61,149 nt of DNA from an uncultured bacterium (GCA_903850745.1 CAINMH010000010.1:1-61149), one strand, 5' to 3'. Positions 30,674 through 40,114 are shown, counted from the stretch's first letter. Numbers and translations are program-made. Notes: a model not told the origin generated them from the letters alone.

Positions 30674-31392
30674 ACGCTCTCGCGCCTCTCTCGCGCTGCG
30701 GCGATTGGGCCTTTAAGCACCAGGTAGGTCAGGTAGGCCGCGGCTAGATATAACGGCCAGCCCAAGGCGATACGTGCTATGCCGAGGAACACGAACCAGA
30801 GAGTGTCCTGTCCCCACGCCTTCACAGCAAGGTAGAGCAGGCCCTGGACAACTACCCGTCCGAGGAACACCCCCACCCACATCCAGCTTGCGGCTGCGTA
30901 CGAGCGCCGCAACATCACATCGGATCTCCACGTGAATTTCTCACCGGTCAAGAAACCGACGACCACGCCAATGAGCGGCCAACCAATCAATATAGAAATC
31001 AGAAATGCCATGCCGTACGTGACGTTGAGTAGCATTCCAGGGAGATAGAAATCTTCAGCATTGCCCGTACGTTGAGCAACAAAAGCAGAGACACCGACCC
31101 CTACGAGACCGGCCAACACTTGCTGCAATCCCTGACGCCGAATCAGCCGCAGTAGCGCGAGCACTCCAGCGCAAATCCCGGCAGCCCATAAAGCGATAGT
31201 GAGTTGGCTCCCACTCACGACATACGCGGTGACGAATACAGCGGATGGTAATCCGGAGTCAATAACTCCGCTCCAGCCGCCGATTGCACGGGCCAGCAGG
31301 ACTCGCTCTGCCTTTACGTCAGCAATCGTCTCGTGTTCGATCACGTGCTCTTCGGATGGGCCGTCACCGGGAGTTGGCGACACGTTGTTCAC
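30670..31392 (-). CDS. DUF3159-type integral membrane protein
   Basis: The start was set to GTG 31392, which overlaps the stop of the upstream OB-fold gene (GTGA). About 240 aa and multi-TM. The DUF label is recalled from the syntenic mycobacterial Rv2693c. Confidence 0.65.
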   Translation of the reverse strand: MNNVSPTPGDGPSEEHVIEHETIADVKAERVLLARAIGGWSGVIDSGLPSAVFVTAYVVSGSQLTIALWAAGICAGVLALLRLIRRQGLQQVLAGLVGVGVSAFVAQRTGNAEDFYLPGMLLNVTYGMAFLISILIGWPLIGVVVGFLTGEKFTWRSDVMLRRSYAAASWMWVGVFLGRVVVQGLLYLAVKAWGQDTLWFVFLGIARIALGWPLYLAAAYLTYLVLKGPIAAARERRESV

Positions 31393-31757
31393 TCGTGGGC
31401 CTGCGGCTTCAACGTGTAGGTGGGGTTGTACAGAGTGGGGCTCTCGCCGTAAGGGCAGGTCAATCGCCCGGCGGCCACCAGTCGACGTCCAGCGACTATT
31501 CCGGGGATATTGCGACGGCCTAGCCACACAAGGCGCACCCGCCCAGACCCGTCGTACAACTCAGCCTCGAAGGCGAGCGCAACCCCGCGCGGCCGCACAG
31601 TTATAGACGAAATGGTCCCTAGAACAGTAACGAGATCACCCGCTTTGCAGTCGCATAGATGATGCGCTGAAACCTCGTCAACCTCTCGAGTGAGTTCCTC
31701 TGCATCGATCGCAGCGCTGTTCATTGCAAGTCGCGACACCGCGCTCTTGAGGCTCAC
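31389..31757 (-). CDS. OB-fold domain protein
   Basis: 122 aa. The beta-rich core VTVLGTISSITVRPRGVALAFEAELYDGSGRVRLVWLGRR matches the OB-fold proteins annotated at this position near dut in Actinobacteria. Confidence 0.65.
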   Translation of the reverse strand: MSLKSAVSRLAMNSAAIDAEELTREVDEVSAHHLCDCKAGDLVTVLGTISSITVRPRGVALAFEAELYDGSGRVRLVWLGRRNIPGIVAGRRLVAAGRLTCPYGESPTLYNPTYTLKPQAHE

Positions 31758-31787
31758 TCGGTCAGCCTACCTGCAGCATGCATCGGA

Positions 31788-32489
31788 TCAGTGGACCTCG
31801 GTGATCTCTGGTCCACGGACGAATGGGTCAATCCCCGCAACATGCGAACCTGACTCTTGGCCCGGCACATGCAAAGGAATCTGCTCCCGTGGCGCCATGG
31901 CTTCGTTGCCACGCACCACCACGACACTTCGTACGACTTCCTCGATCGCGGCGGCACCGTCCCCGGGCAGGGCGGCATCCCCGAGGAGAATGGCACGCAG
32001 GAACCAGCGGGGACCGTCTATGCCGACAAAGCGTGCTGGCTGCATCGTGGAGCCAGGACCTTGCGGAACCCTCGCTCGCAGTTCAAGACCGAAGGCGCCT
32101 GCAGCCTCTTCGACGAGTCCCCCACTAGCTGTAATGCCGACCTTGATCTCGGCACGCACCTCAGACCAGATTCCACTGCTGCGTGGCGCTGCAAACACGT
32201 GAATTTGGGCTGCAGCCCCACCGAGCACCGCCGTGACAAAGAGAACCTGACCGGTTTCTTGATCTACCTGCACTTGGACTTCGAGACCATCGCGGGGCGC
32301 GAACTGCAGAGCACCGAAATCAATGCGTTCTACGTTATCGCTCACCTCAGCAAGATCCCACGGCCCATCAACGCGGCTAAACACGTGCGCGACTGACTCA
32401 TCGCCAGTAGCGGACTCGGGCTCCGGGACGATCGATTCCGGGACGATCGGTGCCGAGACGATCGGTTCGGCCTTACGACGGAATGCCAT
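31788..32489 (-). CDS. DUF3710-type protein
   Basis: 233 aa, acidic, and directly downstream of dut (23 nt spacer). The DUF label is recalled from synteny. Confidence 0.6.
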   Translation of the reverse strand: MAFRRKAEPIVSAPIVPESIVPEPESATGDESVAHVFSRVDGPWDLAEVSDNVERIDFGALQFAPRDGLEVQVQVDQETGQVLFVTAVLGGAAAQIHVFAAPRSSGIWSEVRAEIKVGITASGGLVEEAAGAFGLELRARVPQGPGSTMQPARFVGIDGPRWFLRAILLGDAALPGDGAAAIEEVVRSVVVVRGNEAMAPREQIPLHVPGQESGSHVAGIDPFVRGPEITEVH

Positions 32490-32512
32490 TACATGTCCTC
32501 ATGCAACTCAAT

Positions 32513-32953
32513 CTAGCGGCCGGTGGACCCGAAGCCGCCTTCACCGCGGTCTGATCCGGGGAGATGATCGACCGGTATCCACCGGACCCGGGCAATTTCT
32601 TGGAAAATCAACTGAGCGATTCGATCGCCTCTTGCGATATCAACTGCCGCTAGCGGATCGAGATTCACCAATGCGACTGAGATTTCGCCGCGATAACCAG
32701 CATCGATGGTGCCGGGTGCATTGACCACCGTGAGTCCACGTGTGATCGCCAATCCGCTGCGGGGATGCACGAATGCCGCAAAGCCATCAGGAAGGGCGAT
32801 CGCGATGCCTGTAGGCACGAGCACGCGCTCCCCCGGGGAGATCCGCACTCCCACTCGTGCGACTAAGTCGAGACCGGCATCCCCCGCATGCGCATAGGCC
32901 GGCAGGTCCAGATCAGGGTCGAGTCGTCGAATCAACACCGACACGTCAGTCAC
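32513..32953 (-). CDS. dut: dUTP diphosphatase
   Basis: Motifs AGLDL, RSGLA, NAPGTIDAGYRGE and GGFGSTG. GTG 32953 overlaps the stop of the upstream thioesterase gene (GTGA). Confidence 0.93.
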   Translation of the reverse strand: MTDVSVLIRRLDPDLDLPAYAHAGDAGLDLVARVGVRISPGERVLVPTGIAIALPDGFAAFVHPRSGLAITRGLTVVNAPGTIDAGYRGEISVALVNLDPLAAVDIARGDRIAQLIFQEIARVRWIPVDHLPGSDRGEGGFGSTGR

Positions 32954-33540
32954 GGGTTTACCGCCCATCTCTCGAAAGCCTCCGTACGGTCCTGCTGCGC
33001 TTCGGATACCAGTTCTGGAGAGCCATGCCTAGTGAAATGCTCAAGAGGCACCTGAACGAACAGCCCAGCGCCACGTCCCACAGGCACAGCGGCGGACCCA
33101 TCTTCGATGGAGACATCTGCGCTCGTGAAGACCTTACGGCCATGTTGAGCAACAATGCGCGCATCAATGACTACCGCTGAGCCCACCGGAATCGGGCGGC
33201 GGAAGTCGACCTCCAAGCGACCTGTCACTGCCGGTGTCATCAGCAGGTAGGCCAAGGAACCCATCGCTTCATCGATTGCCGCAGACAACAGCCCGCCGTG
33301 GATGAGACCAGGGGCGCCCTGATGGGCAGCTAACACAGTGAACTGCGCTCGGACAGCAAGTCCTTCCATGGCCCGGATGCGAATTCGTAGACCGCCCGGC
33401 GCTTGGTCACCGCATGCCATGCAGAACTTGAAATGCATGGGCAGCCAGGTGCCCTCACCGGGAGCATTCGGCGCTCGCTGGGGAAGCACAGCGTCAGGAG
33501 GAGGCTCCATTCCTGGGAAGTCTCGGTTCTCGCTGGCCAC
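32950..33540 (-). CDS. PaaI/hotdog-fold thioesterase family protein
   Basis: 196 aa with an N-terminal CMACG zinc-ribbon-like element, then the hotdog core GAPGLIHGGLLSAAIDEAMG. Confidence 0.75.
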   Translation of the reverse strand: MASENRDFPGMEPPPDAVLPQRAPNAPGEGTWLPMHFKFCMACGDQAPGGLRIRIRAMEGLAVRAQFTVLAAHQGAPGLIHGGLLSAAIDEAMGSLAYLLMTPAVTGRLEVDFRRPIPVGSAVVIDARIVAQHGRKVFTSADVSIEDGSAAVPVGRGAGLFVQVPLEHFTRHGSPELVSEAQQDRTEAFERWAVNP

Positions 33541-33589
33541 CGTGCGACCCTACTCCGCTCGTGCAGACCGGACATGCCACCCTGACTAG

Positions 33590-34114
33590 GTGAGTTCCCC
33601 TGATGAAGGAAATGACGGAACAGCCGTGGCGTTCCGTGAGCGGCTCATTCCCCCGTGGTGGGTATGGGTCGTCGGGGCATTGCTCGGAATGCCACTCGCT
33701 GTTGCATACGGGGCGGCGTTCGGATCGGAGTCGGGGTGGCTCGTAGGTGGTGTCTATCTTGCGATTCTGTGCACAACGCTCATGGCCACCGCCCCAGTTA
33801 TCTGTGTTGACGATCATGTTGTCAGGGCCGGACGCGCCCATTTGCCATTGCAGTTCGTTGGCACTGTGTCCGCCCTCGACCCAGAACGAATGGCCAAGGC
33901 CAGAGGCATTAACGGTGATCGCACTGCCTACTTGGTGACCCGAAATTGGTACAGCCATTCGGGCGTGTTGATCGAGGTGACGGACGAGACGGACCCACAT
34001 CCGTACTGGCTGGTCACCAGCCGTGACCCTGAGGCGCTGGTAGCCGCCCTACACCGCAGCATCTCAACACCGCGTAGGGTTGAGCACAGACCAGATCACG
34101 AGGAGCAGCCATGA
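33590..34114 (+). CDS. DUF3093-type membrane protein
   Basis: 174 aa with two TM segments near the N-terminus (ERLIPPWWVWVVGALLG...). Synteny with dut matches mycobacterial Rv2698. An ATGA overlap joins it to the next gene. Confidence 0.6.
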   Translation: MSSPDEGNDGTAVAFRERLIPPWWVWVVGALLGMPLAVAYGAAFGSESGWLVGGVYLAILCTTLMATAPVICVDDHVVRAGRAHLPLQFVGTVSALDPERMAKARGINGDRTAYLVTRNWYSHSGVLIEVTDETDPHPYWLVTSRDPEALVAALHRSISTPRRVEHRPDHEEQP

Positions 34115-34389
34115 GCGGCCATGAAGTTGAACCCGAGCACGAGGAACACGGTTCCTCACCCATGGTGCACATCATCGGGCCGCTGGCGGCTATCGCCGCA
34201 ACGTGGGCAATTCGCCGAGCGATGAGCGCCGGCTATCGCGGCATCTCCGGATCAAAGCCACCAGAGGCGCAAGATCCTTCTGTGTCATGGACCCGCGCGT
34301 TGTTGTGGACAGCGGTCACTGCGAGCACAGCCGCATGCGTTGAGGTAGCGATCTACCGCTATCTCAATTCACGTTCGTCTAAAAACTAA
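34111..34389 (+). CDS. DUF4235-type small membrane protein
   Basis: 92 aa with two hydrophobic helices (IIGPLAAIAATWAIRRAM, LLWTAVTASTAACVEVAIY). Confidence 0.55.
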   Translation: MSGHEVEPEHEEHGSSPMVHIIGPLAAIAATWAIRRAMSAGYRGISGSKPPEAQDPSVSWTRALLWTAVTASTAACVEVAIYRYLNSRSSKN

Positions 34390-34391
34390 AG

Positions 34392-34688
34392 TCAGGCACA
34401 CTCTCGACACACAGGGCCAAGTTTGCCCTCGTGGTCGAGTTGGCTGCGGTGCTGCACCAGGAAACACTTCGCGCACGTGAATTCATCTGCCTGACGAGGC
34501 AGCACTCGAACCGTCAGGCTTTCGTCAGAGAGATCAGCGCCCGGGAGTTCGAGAGACTCGGCGAGATCTGCCTCGTCCACATCCACCACTGAGGCCGCCT
34601 TGTCCGCACGACGGGCCTTCAGCTCCTCAAGGCTGTCCTCAGCGAGGTCTTCCTCAGTCTTGCGAGGAGCGTCGTAATCGGTAGCCAC
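34392..34688 (-). CDS. DUF4193-type protein with a C-terminal zinc ribbon
   Basis: GTG 34688 lies 7 nt after GGAGG and gives (M)ATDYDAPRKTEEDLAEDS..., the N-terminus I recall for this family. The C-terminal motif is CAKCFLV...CREC. Confidence 0.7.
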   Translation of the reverse strand: MATDYDAPRKTEEDLAEDSLEELKARRADKAASVVDVDEADLAESLELPGADLSDESLTVRVLPRQADEFTCAKCFLVQHRSQLDHEGKLGPVCRECA

Positions 34689-34712
34689 CGCCCAACCTCC
34701 AACTTCCATCCG

Positions 34713-34759
34713 GTGGGGCAGCGCCCCACACACACCTTCGATTGCGCGGAAACCCGCGC
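34713..34759 (-). promoter_or_regulatory. Two stable GC hairpins in the leader upstream of the DUF4193 gene
   Basis: GTGGGGC-AGC-GCCCCAC at 34713-34729 has a 7-bp stem. GCGCGG-AAAC-CCGCGC at 34744-34759 has a 6-bp stem. Both lie in the 193-bp divergent spacer. Confidence 0.35.
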
Positions 34760-34881
34760 TACGTTCCGGACGGATTGTGCCTCATGAACCTCAAGTTCCT
34801 GCACGCGACCCGCGGACATACGTGGTCCCTGACCAGTCATGTCTCTGAACGTGTGGTGGGATTCACTAAAAGGAGGCCCCC

Positions 34882-35397
34882 ATGCCGATCTACGCCTTAG
34901 GCGACTTGACGCCCACCATCGCGAGCTCTGCCTTCGTACATCCTGATGCCGTGATCATCGGAAACGTGACCCTCGGCGAAAAGGCGAGCGTGTGGCCCGG
35001 AGCCGTGTTGCGGGGCGATCATGGCTCAATCCGTATCGGGGATTCAACCTCAATTCAAGATGGATCGATCATTCACTGTTCGGCCGACTTCGACACAGTG
35101 ATCGGATCCCGATGTGTCGTTGGACATCGGGTTCACATCGAGGGCGCAGTGATCGAGGACGGCTGTCTGATCGCCTCTGGATCCGTGGTTCTGCCTGGGG
35201 TTGTCGTGAGAGCCGGGGCACTCGTGGGAGCGGGAGCTGTCGTCTCCCCCGGCACCGAGGTTCCCGCGCGAGCCCTGGCTCTAGGTATCCCGGCTCGCAT
35301 GAGGCTCGACGCGGCCGATCAAGACGCCATTAGTCATGCCGTGAGCATTTATGAACGCAATGTGGGTTGGTACTCCGAGCTACGCCGCATCAACTAG
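34882..35397 (+). CDS. Gamma-class carbonic anhydrase / hexapeptide-repeat (YrdA/PaaY-like) protein
   Basis: 171 aa with AAGGAGG upstream. Left-handed beta-helix repeats and the N-terminus MPIYALGDLTPTIASSAFVHPDAVIIGNV. Confidence 0.85.
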   Translation: MPIYALGDLTPTIASSAFVHPDAVIIGNVTLGEKASVWPGAVLRGDHGSIRIGDSTSIQDGSIIHCSADFDTVIGSRCVVGHRVHIEGAVIEDGCLIASGSVVLPGVVVRAGALVGAGAVVSPGTEVPARALALGIPARMRLDAADQDAISHAVSIYERNVGWYSELRRIN

Positions 35398-36206
35398 CGC
35401 TGGTCATGGCACTCAAGCAGACTTACGAGACTCGCATGCAACCTCGGCCCTGCTGCCACCACGTCACGCACGCCCGGCGCGGCTCCATTTAGACCGGTCA
35501 CGACCGCTCCTGCTTCGCTGGCAATCAACCCACCAGCACACACATCCCATGGCTGGAGACCGGCCTCGTAGTAGCCGTCCAGCGATCCGGCTGCAACAGA
35601 ACACAGGTCGACGGCCGCCGCACCAGCCCGACGGATATCGCGCACATGCGGTAGGAGAGTCGCTGCCAATTGGCCTTGCCACGTGCGTACAGCGGAGTCG
35701 TAGCCAAAACCAGTACCAATGAGAGCGCTCTGCAGCGAGTCGACCTGACTTGCAGAAATCGGCGATGCGTTGCCGTCGCGAAGGCGCCATGCGCCACCAC
35801 CCCGCCACGCAAAGAAGGACTCACCAAGGGCGGGAACCACCACCGCACCTGCGACGGCTGCACCGTTGTGTTCGACCCCGACGGACACAGCCCAGATGGG
35901 CAGGCCGTAGAGATAGTTCACGGTCCCATCCAGTGGATCGATGACCCATCGCACACCCGAGGTGCCCTGACGCTCTGCGCCCTCCTCTCCCAACAGACCA
36001 TCGTTGGGGAAGCGGGCCAGGATTCTCTCCACGAGCATCCGCTCAGAAGCTCGATCCATGTCGGTGACTACATCGGTGGGGGTGGATTTCGTGGCCACTT
36101 CAAGGACCCGATCGCGCCCAGCCAGCAGGAAAGCTCCCGCCTCGAGCCCGCACTCCAGAGCCGCGTCGGCAAGCACCCGCAATGGTCGACCGGTCATGAC
36201 CGCCAT
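35394..36206 (-). CDS. suhB: Inositol monophosphatase family protein
   Basis: 270 aa with the motifs EE(G) and WVIDPLDGTVNY. Its position matches mycobacterial suhB (Rv2701c). Confidence 0.85.
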   Translation of the reverse strand: MAVMTGRPLRVLADAALECGLEAGAFLLAGRDRVLEVATKSTPTDVVTDMDRASERMLVERILARFPNDGLLGEEGAERQGTSGVRWVIDPLDGTVNYLYGLPIWAVSVGVEHNGAAVAGAVVVPALGESFFAWRGGGAWRLRDGNASPISASQVDSLQSALIGTGFGYDSAVRTWQGQLAATLLPHVRDIRRAGAAAVDLCSVAAGSLDGYYEAGLQPWDVCAGGLIASEAGAVVTGLNGAAPGVRDVVAAGPRLHASLVSLLECHDQR

Positions 36207-36252
36207 CCTGCCGTGGTCCGCTGACGGGTTGGTATGCGGCTAGCCTTCAAGG

Positions 36253-37485
36253 GTGGCTCCTGGCATCCTGCGACCGTACGCGGAGATTCTGCGGCTACCA
36301 GGGACCTTGAAGTTCACTTCATTCGCCTTCATCGCAAGGCTCCCCATAGCCATCGAGGGTCTGGGGATCGTTCTCTTCGTAACTGACGCGCGGGGCTCCT
36401 ACGCCCTCGCCGGAGTTCTCACCGGTCTATTTGCGCTTGCAGGCTCGGTATCGCAACCGTTCACCGGCCGTATTGCGGATAGGTGGGGGCAACGCAGAAT
36501 ATTGCCGATTTTGGCAACACTTCAATCAACTTTTCTGATCGCCTTTGTTTTCGCTGTGAATCTCAGCTGGAGCACCGGTGTCCTGATTCTGCTTGCCGTT
36601 GCGTTGGGGGCATCCCAACCCGCGATTGGCGGAATGGTGCGCGCCCGCTGGGCAGCGCACGTATCCAATCCCGCACAGGTGCGCACCGGATTTGCTATCG
36701 AGAGTTTGCTCGACGAAGCAATATTCATCATCGGACCGCCTTTGGCGACGTTCCTCGCACTCTCTATCGCCGGTGGAGCGCCGCTGATTGCTTCGGCGAT
36801 TTTGGTGTTTTCTGGCTCTTTACTGCTCGCCTCTCAGCGACGCACCGAGCCACCACGGACACACCGCGAACAGGTACACGACCGCATGCCCGTTGGTCCT
36901 CTCCTCGTCATTGTTCTGGCAACAGCCTGCCTCGGAATTGTCTTCGGGGCGCTCGAGATCGCCTTCGTGGCGTTCGCGGATGAAGTTGGACAGCGGGGAA
37001 TGACTGGAGTTCTTTACGCCGTCTACTCGTTGGCTTCTCTTTTCGCGGGCCTGTGGTTTGGCGCTCACCACTACCGGGCGACTTTGAGCAAGCAGTGGCG
37101 CGCAGTGTGCGCGGCGCTCATGGTGGCGACCGTCCTCCTCCCTTTCGCATCCACCATGCCAGTGCTGCTCATATTCAGTTTCATTGCCGGTTTTGCCGTG
37201 TCTCCGAGTCTCATCATCGGGCTGACTTTGGTGGAGAAGACCATGCCGATGTCCCGGCTCACCGAAGCTCTCACCTGGGCCTTGTCGGTAATTGGGGTCG
37301 GAATGGCACTTGCAGCGGCCATCAGCGGGGCACTCGTACAAGATCACGGGGCGCGCGCGGCCTTCATCGTCTGCGCAGTGGGGGGCGCCATGGCCTTCCT
37401 CGTCACTGCTATCGGGCAGCCCGTCCTGCGTAAGGCAGAGAATCTAGCCGCGTCGGAGGCTGCACGAGCCTCGAACGCCGACTAA
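36253..37485 (+). CDS. MFS transporter
   Basis: 410 aa with about 12 TM segments and the GRIADRWGQRR loop motif between TM2 and TM3. Confidence 0.85.
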   Translation: MAPGILRPYAEILRLPGTLKFTSFAFIARLPIAIEGLGIVLFVTDARGSYALAGVLTGLFALAGSVSQPFTGRIADRWGQRRILPILATLQSTFLIAFVFAVNLSWSTGVLILLAVALGASQPAIGGMVRARWAAHVSNPAQVRTGFAIESLLDEAIFIIGPPLATFLALSIAGGAPLIASAILVFSGSLLLASQRRTEPPRTHREQVHDRMPVGPLLVIVLATACLGIVFGALEIAFVAFADEVGQRGMTGVLYAVYSLASLFAGLWFGAHHYRATLSKQWRAVCAALMVATVLLPFASTMPVLLIFSFIAGFAVSPSLIIGLTLVEKTMPMSRLTEALTWALSVIGVGMALAAAISGALVQDHGARAAFIVCAVGGAMAFLVTAIGQPVLRKAENLAASEAARASNAD

Positions 37486-37494
37486 AGTAGGGCG

Positions 37495-38331
37495 ATGCCA
37501 AAGCGCGAACTCACCTTCCTTGGACTCTCCGAGGACGGGAGCAGCCTGGTGGTGGCAGACTCAGCAGGGTCGCAGTACACCATCAAGGTGGACGGGCGAC
37601 TTTCGGCAACATTGGGACACCCTGTTCGACCCGGCCAAATGGAGATCGCCCTGCAATCGCTCAGTCCGAAGGACATTCAAGCCCGCATCCGTGCTGGAGC
37701 CACGGCGGCGGAAATCGCCGCTGACACTGGCGAGGACATCGAACGCATTAGTCGGTTCGAAGGTCCCCCGCTCGCTGACCGCGAATTCGCCGCTAATCAG
37801 GCCCGCAAGTGTCTTGTGCGCAGCGAGTCTTCCGAGGGCACCTTAGAAGGCCTCGTCGGCGCGCGCCTCAACGAGCGCGGCGTGACCATCGACTCGGCAC
37901 AGTGGGATTCGTGGCGTCGCGAGGACGGACGGTGGACTGTTCTTGTTGCATTCCCTGCCGGTTCTGCAGAGCGCGTTGCAACCTGGGTGTATGACCCGGA
38001 GTCACGGCACGTAACTCCTGAGGATGACGAAGCCGCTCGCATGCTCGATCCCACCCTCGTGTCCAATTCGTCGTTGCGCCTTGTTGCCGAAGAAGCCGAA
38101 ATTGTCACTCATGACAGCATCGTGGAAAATGTGGAAGTTGTGGAAGTCGTCGAGACCGTGATCGTCGAAGAACGGCTTGCCGAAGTCACTTCGATCAAGG
38201 GCGCAGCCAAGGCTCAGCCAAAGCCTGCCGCCACACCTGCTGCAACCCGCTCACGGAGCAAGAGCAAGCGCGCGAGCGTCCCGTCTTGGGATGAGATTCT
38301 CTTTGGTGGCGGCAAGGACGACGAAGCCTGA
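37495..38331 (+). CDS. sepH: Septation protein SepH (DUF3071)
   Basis: 278 aa. The N-terminal block is RELTFLGLSEDGSSLVVADSAGSQYTIKVDGRL, followed by IQARIRAGATAAEIA (HTH-like) and a basic C-terminal tail with SVPSWDEILFG. Confidence 0.85.
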   Translation: MPKRELTFLGLSEDGSSLVVADSAGSQYTIKVDGRLSATLGHPVRPGQMEIALQSLSPKDIQARIRAGATAAEIAADTGEDIERISRFEGPPLADREFAANQARKCLVRSESSEGTLEGLVGARLNERGVTIDSAQWDSWRREDGRWTVLVAFPAGSAERVATWVYDPESRHVTPEDDEAARMLDPTLVSNSSLRLVAEEAEIVTHDSIVENVEVVEVVETVIVEERLAEVTSIKGAAKAQPKPAATPAATRSRSKSKRASVPSWDEILFGGGKDDEA

Positions 38332-38346
38332 AGCCAGTGGGCCGTT

Positions 38347-39447
38347 TTACCGCGTGAGCAGCGGAATAGCCAACTCCTGCAACGAAAGTCCGCCGTGCTG
38401 TCCTATCAGCGCCGACACAAACGAATCAGTGCGGTCACTGACCAGCGACCACCCATCGCGAGCCACCGCCACAACATCACCCACACGATCAACGAGCATG
38501 TCGTCCATATCACCAAATAAGCGCTCGGCTTCACTTCGCGACATCACCCAAGCTCGATCCCCCAAAGTTTCGCGCCACGCAGCGAGAACTTCTGCTTCCG
38601 CGCCCACACGCACATAGATGTGACGGGCACGTGGCTCGCCAGCCAGATGCATGACGGAATCCCATAGGACTGGGAGTGCGTCAAGGTCCACCCGCGAATC
38701 GACGGACACATCAACCATCCCATGATCGGCTGTCAGCACCACCCGACAGTCTTTCGGCAACCGGCCTAGGAGTTGTTCGACGAACGCGTCGACGTTTATC
38801 AACTCCTCGCGCCACCGTTCAGATGCGACGCCGTGCACATGTCCGCACTTATCCAACTCACCCCAATAGACGTACGCAAGTGAATGGCGGTCGACGACTG
38901 CGAGCGCAGTTTCATGTACGCGAGCATCAACGGTGTCGGCCCCGCGATATTCCGCACCGCGCAAAACTGCACGAGTGAGTCCGCTATTGGCGTAGGCGCT
39001 TGGGGACACCGCTCGAACAGCCAGCCCATGAGCACTAGCAAGCTCGAAGACCGTGGGCTCCGGTTGAACCGCAATCGGATTCGGGTCATCCACCCAACTA
39101 AGCGGGTGCAAAACCTTGCCAGTCTCTGGCAACAGGAAAGACGCCCCAACCAGGCCGTGAACACCCGGAGTCGAACCAGTCCCTAGGGACCCAAGCCCGG
39201 CCGGTGTCGTGCTCGGGAAGACGGAGCTCAATCGACGTGACTGCAGGGACATGAGCGTGGGTGCAATGTCCGCGGCGCCCTGAAGAAGCTCTGATCCGAG
39301 TCCATCAATCAGGAGGACCACGGCTCGATCACTCGGCTCGATGCCCAGGGAATTGTCTAGGCCAGGTACGCCAAGCGCGGCCGCCACGGACGGCATCACA
39401 TCTGCGAGGCTGCCCGAGGCATAGTCGGGTGCTGGAGCGAGAGACAC
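38347..39447 (-). CDS. Alkaline phosphatase superfamily protein (nucleotide pyrophosphatase/phosphodiesterase-like)
   Basis: 366 aa with VLLIDGLGSELL near the N-terminus, FPSTT (Thr nucleophile context) and LTADHGMVD. Confidence 0.8.
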   Translation of the reverse strand: MSLAPAPDYASGSLADVMPSVAAALGVPGLDNSLGIEPSDRAVVLLIDGLGSELLQGAADIAPTLMSLQSRRLSSVFPSTTPAGLGSLGTGSTPGVHGLVGASFLLPETGKVLHPLSWVDDPNPIAVQPEPTVFELASAHGLAVRAVSPSAYANSGLTRAVLRGAEYRGADTVDARVHETALAVVDRHSLAYVYWGELDKCGHVHGVASERWREELINVDAFVEQLLGRLPKDCRVVLTADHGMVDVSVDSRVDLDALPVLWDSVMHLAGEPRARHIYVRVGAEAEVLAAWRETLGDRAWVMSRSEAERLFGDMDDMLVDRVGDVVAVARDGWSLVSDRTDSFVSALIGQHGGLSLQELAIPLLTR

Positions 39448-39449
39448 CT

Positions 39450-40031
39450 TTAGCGCAGCCGGGCCGCAGTCGCTTCCGAGAGCGCTGAGGCGAAGGTCAG
39501 CGCCTGCCGGACAACTTCGGGACCGTCGGCAACTTCGGAGACGCGCAGCGAAAGATCATCATTGCTTGAGGTTCCTGTATAGCCATGGTCTGCCTCGCAC
39601 TGTGGGTCACTGCAACCTGCCGGCTCGAGATCGATGCGACTCACAGCACCCCAGCCAATGGTGAGTACGACCTCACGAGCTGGTCCCCCCGCACGATGCT
39701 TGCCGGGGTCATTGACCACACGAGTGACTACCACGGAATCAACACGCTCCAAGCGAACCGCTTCGGTCGAGGCTGAGGCGTAGGCGACGGTCGAAGTTTC
39801 GTCAGGCGCATGCTCGTCGGTATGACCCACGATCAGACGAGTGGGGGTCAGCGCCATCACGGTCACGTGACGGCGTAGCTCATCACGGTCGAAGGTCGCC
39901 TCATGGTGCACCAAGTAGGAGGAGAGTTTTTCGCCTGCTAGAGCAGTCTCCAAAGCGTCCGAGACAAGATCGGGGTAGTAACCACTGCGCTCAATATCAG
40001 TGCGCAATTGCGCCTGAAGTGCCTCCGTCAT
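39450..40031 (-). CDS. DUF5998-type protein
   Basis: 193 aa. Its stop lies 2 nt before the start of the phosphatase-superfamily gene. The label is recalled from annotations of this conserved pair. Confidence 0.55.
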   Translation of the reverse strand: MTEALQAQLRTDIERSGYYPDLVSDALETALAGEKLSSYLVHHEATFDRDELRRHVTVMALTPTRLIVGHTDEHAPDETSTVAYASASTEAVRLERVDSVVVTRVVNDPGKHRAGGPAREVVLTIGWGAVSRIDLEPAGCSDPQCEADHGYTGTSSNDDLSLRVSEVADGPEVVRQALTFASALSEATAARLR

Positions 40032-40114
40032 GGCTCCATCCTGTCATCCCCGGCGTGCCCACCGCCCGATCACGGGGTCGCCCCAGCAGAATGGAGGGCC
40101 TGACAGGAGGACAC

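Noticed and set aside
38347-39447. Alkaline-phosphatase-superfamily protein as a PglZ-like defence (BREX) component
   Set aside because: At 366 aa it is far smaller than PglZ proteins. It has no methyltransferase, ATPase or protease neighbours. It sits in a conserved housekeeping neighbourhood (sepH, parC).
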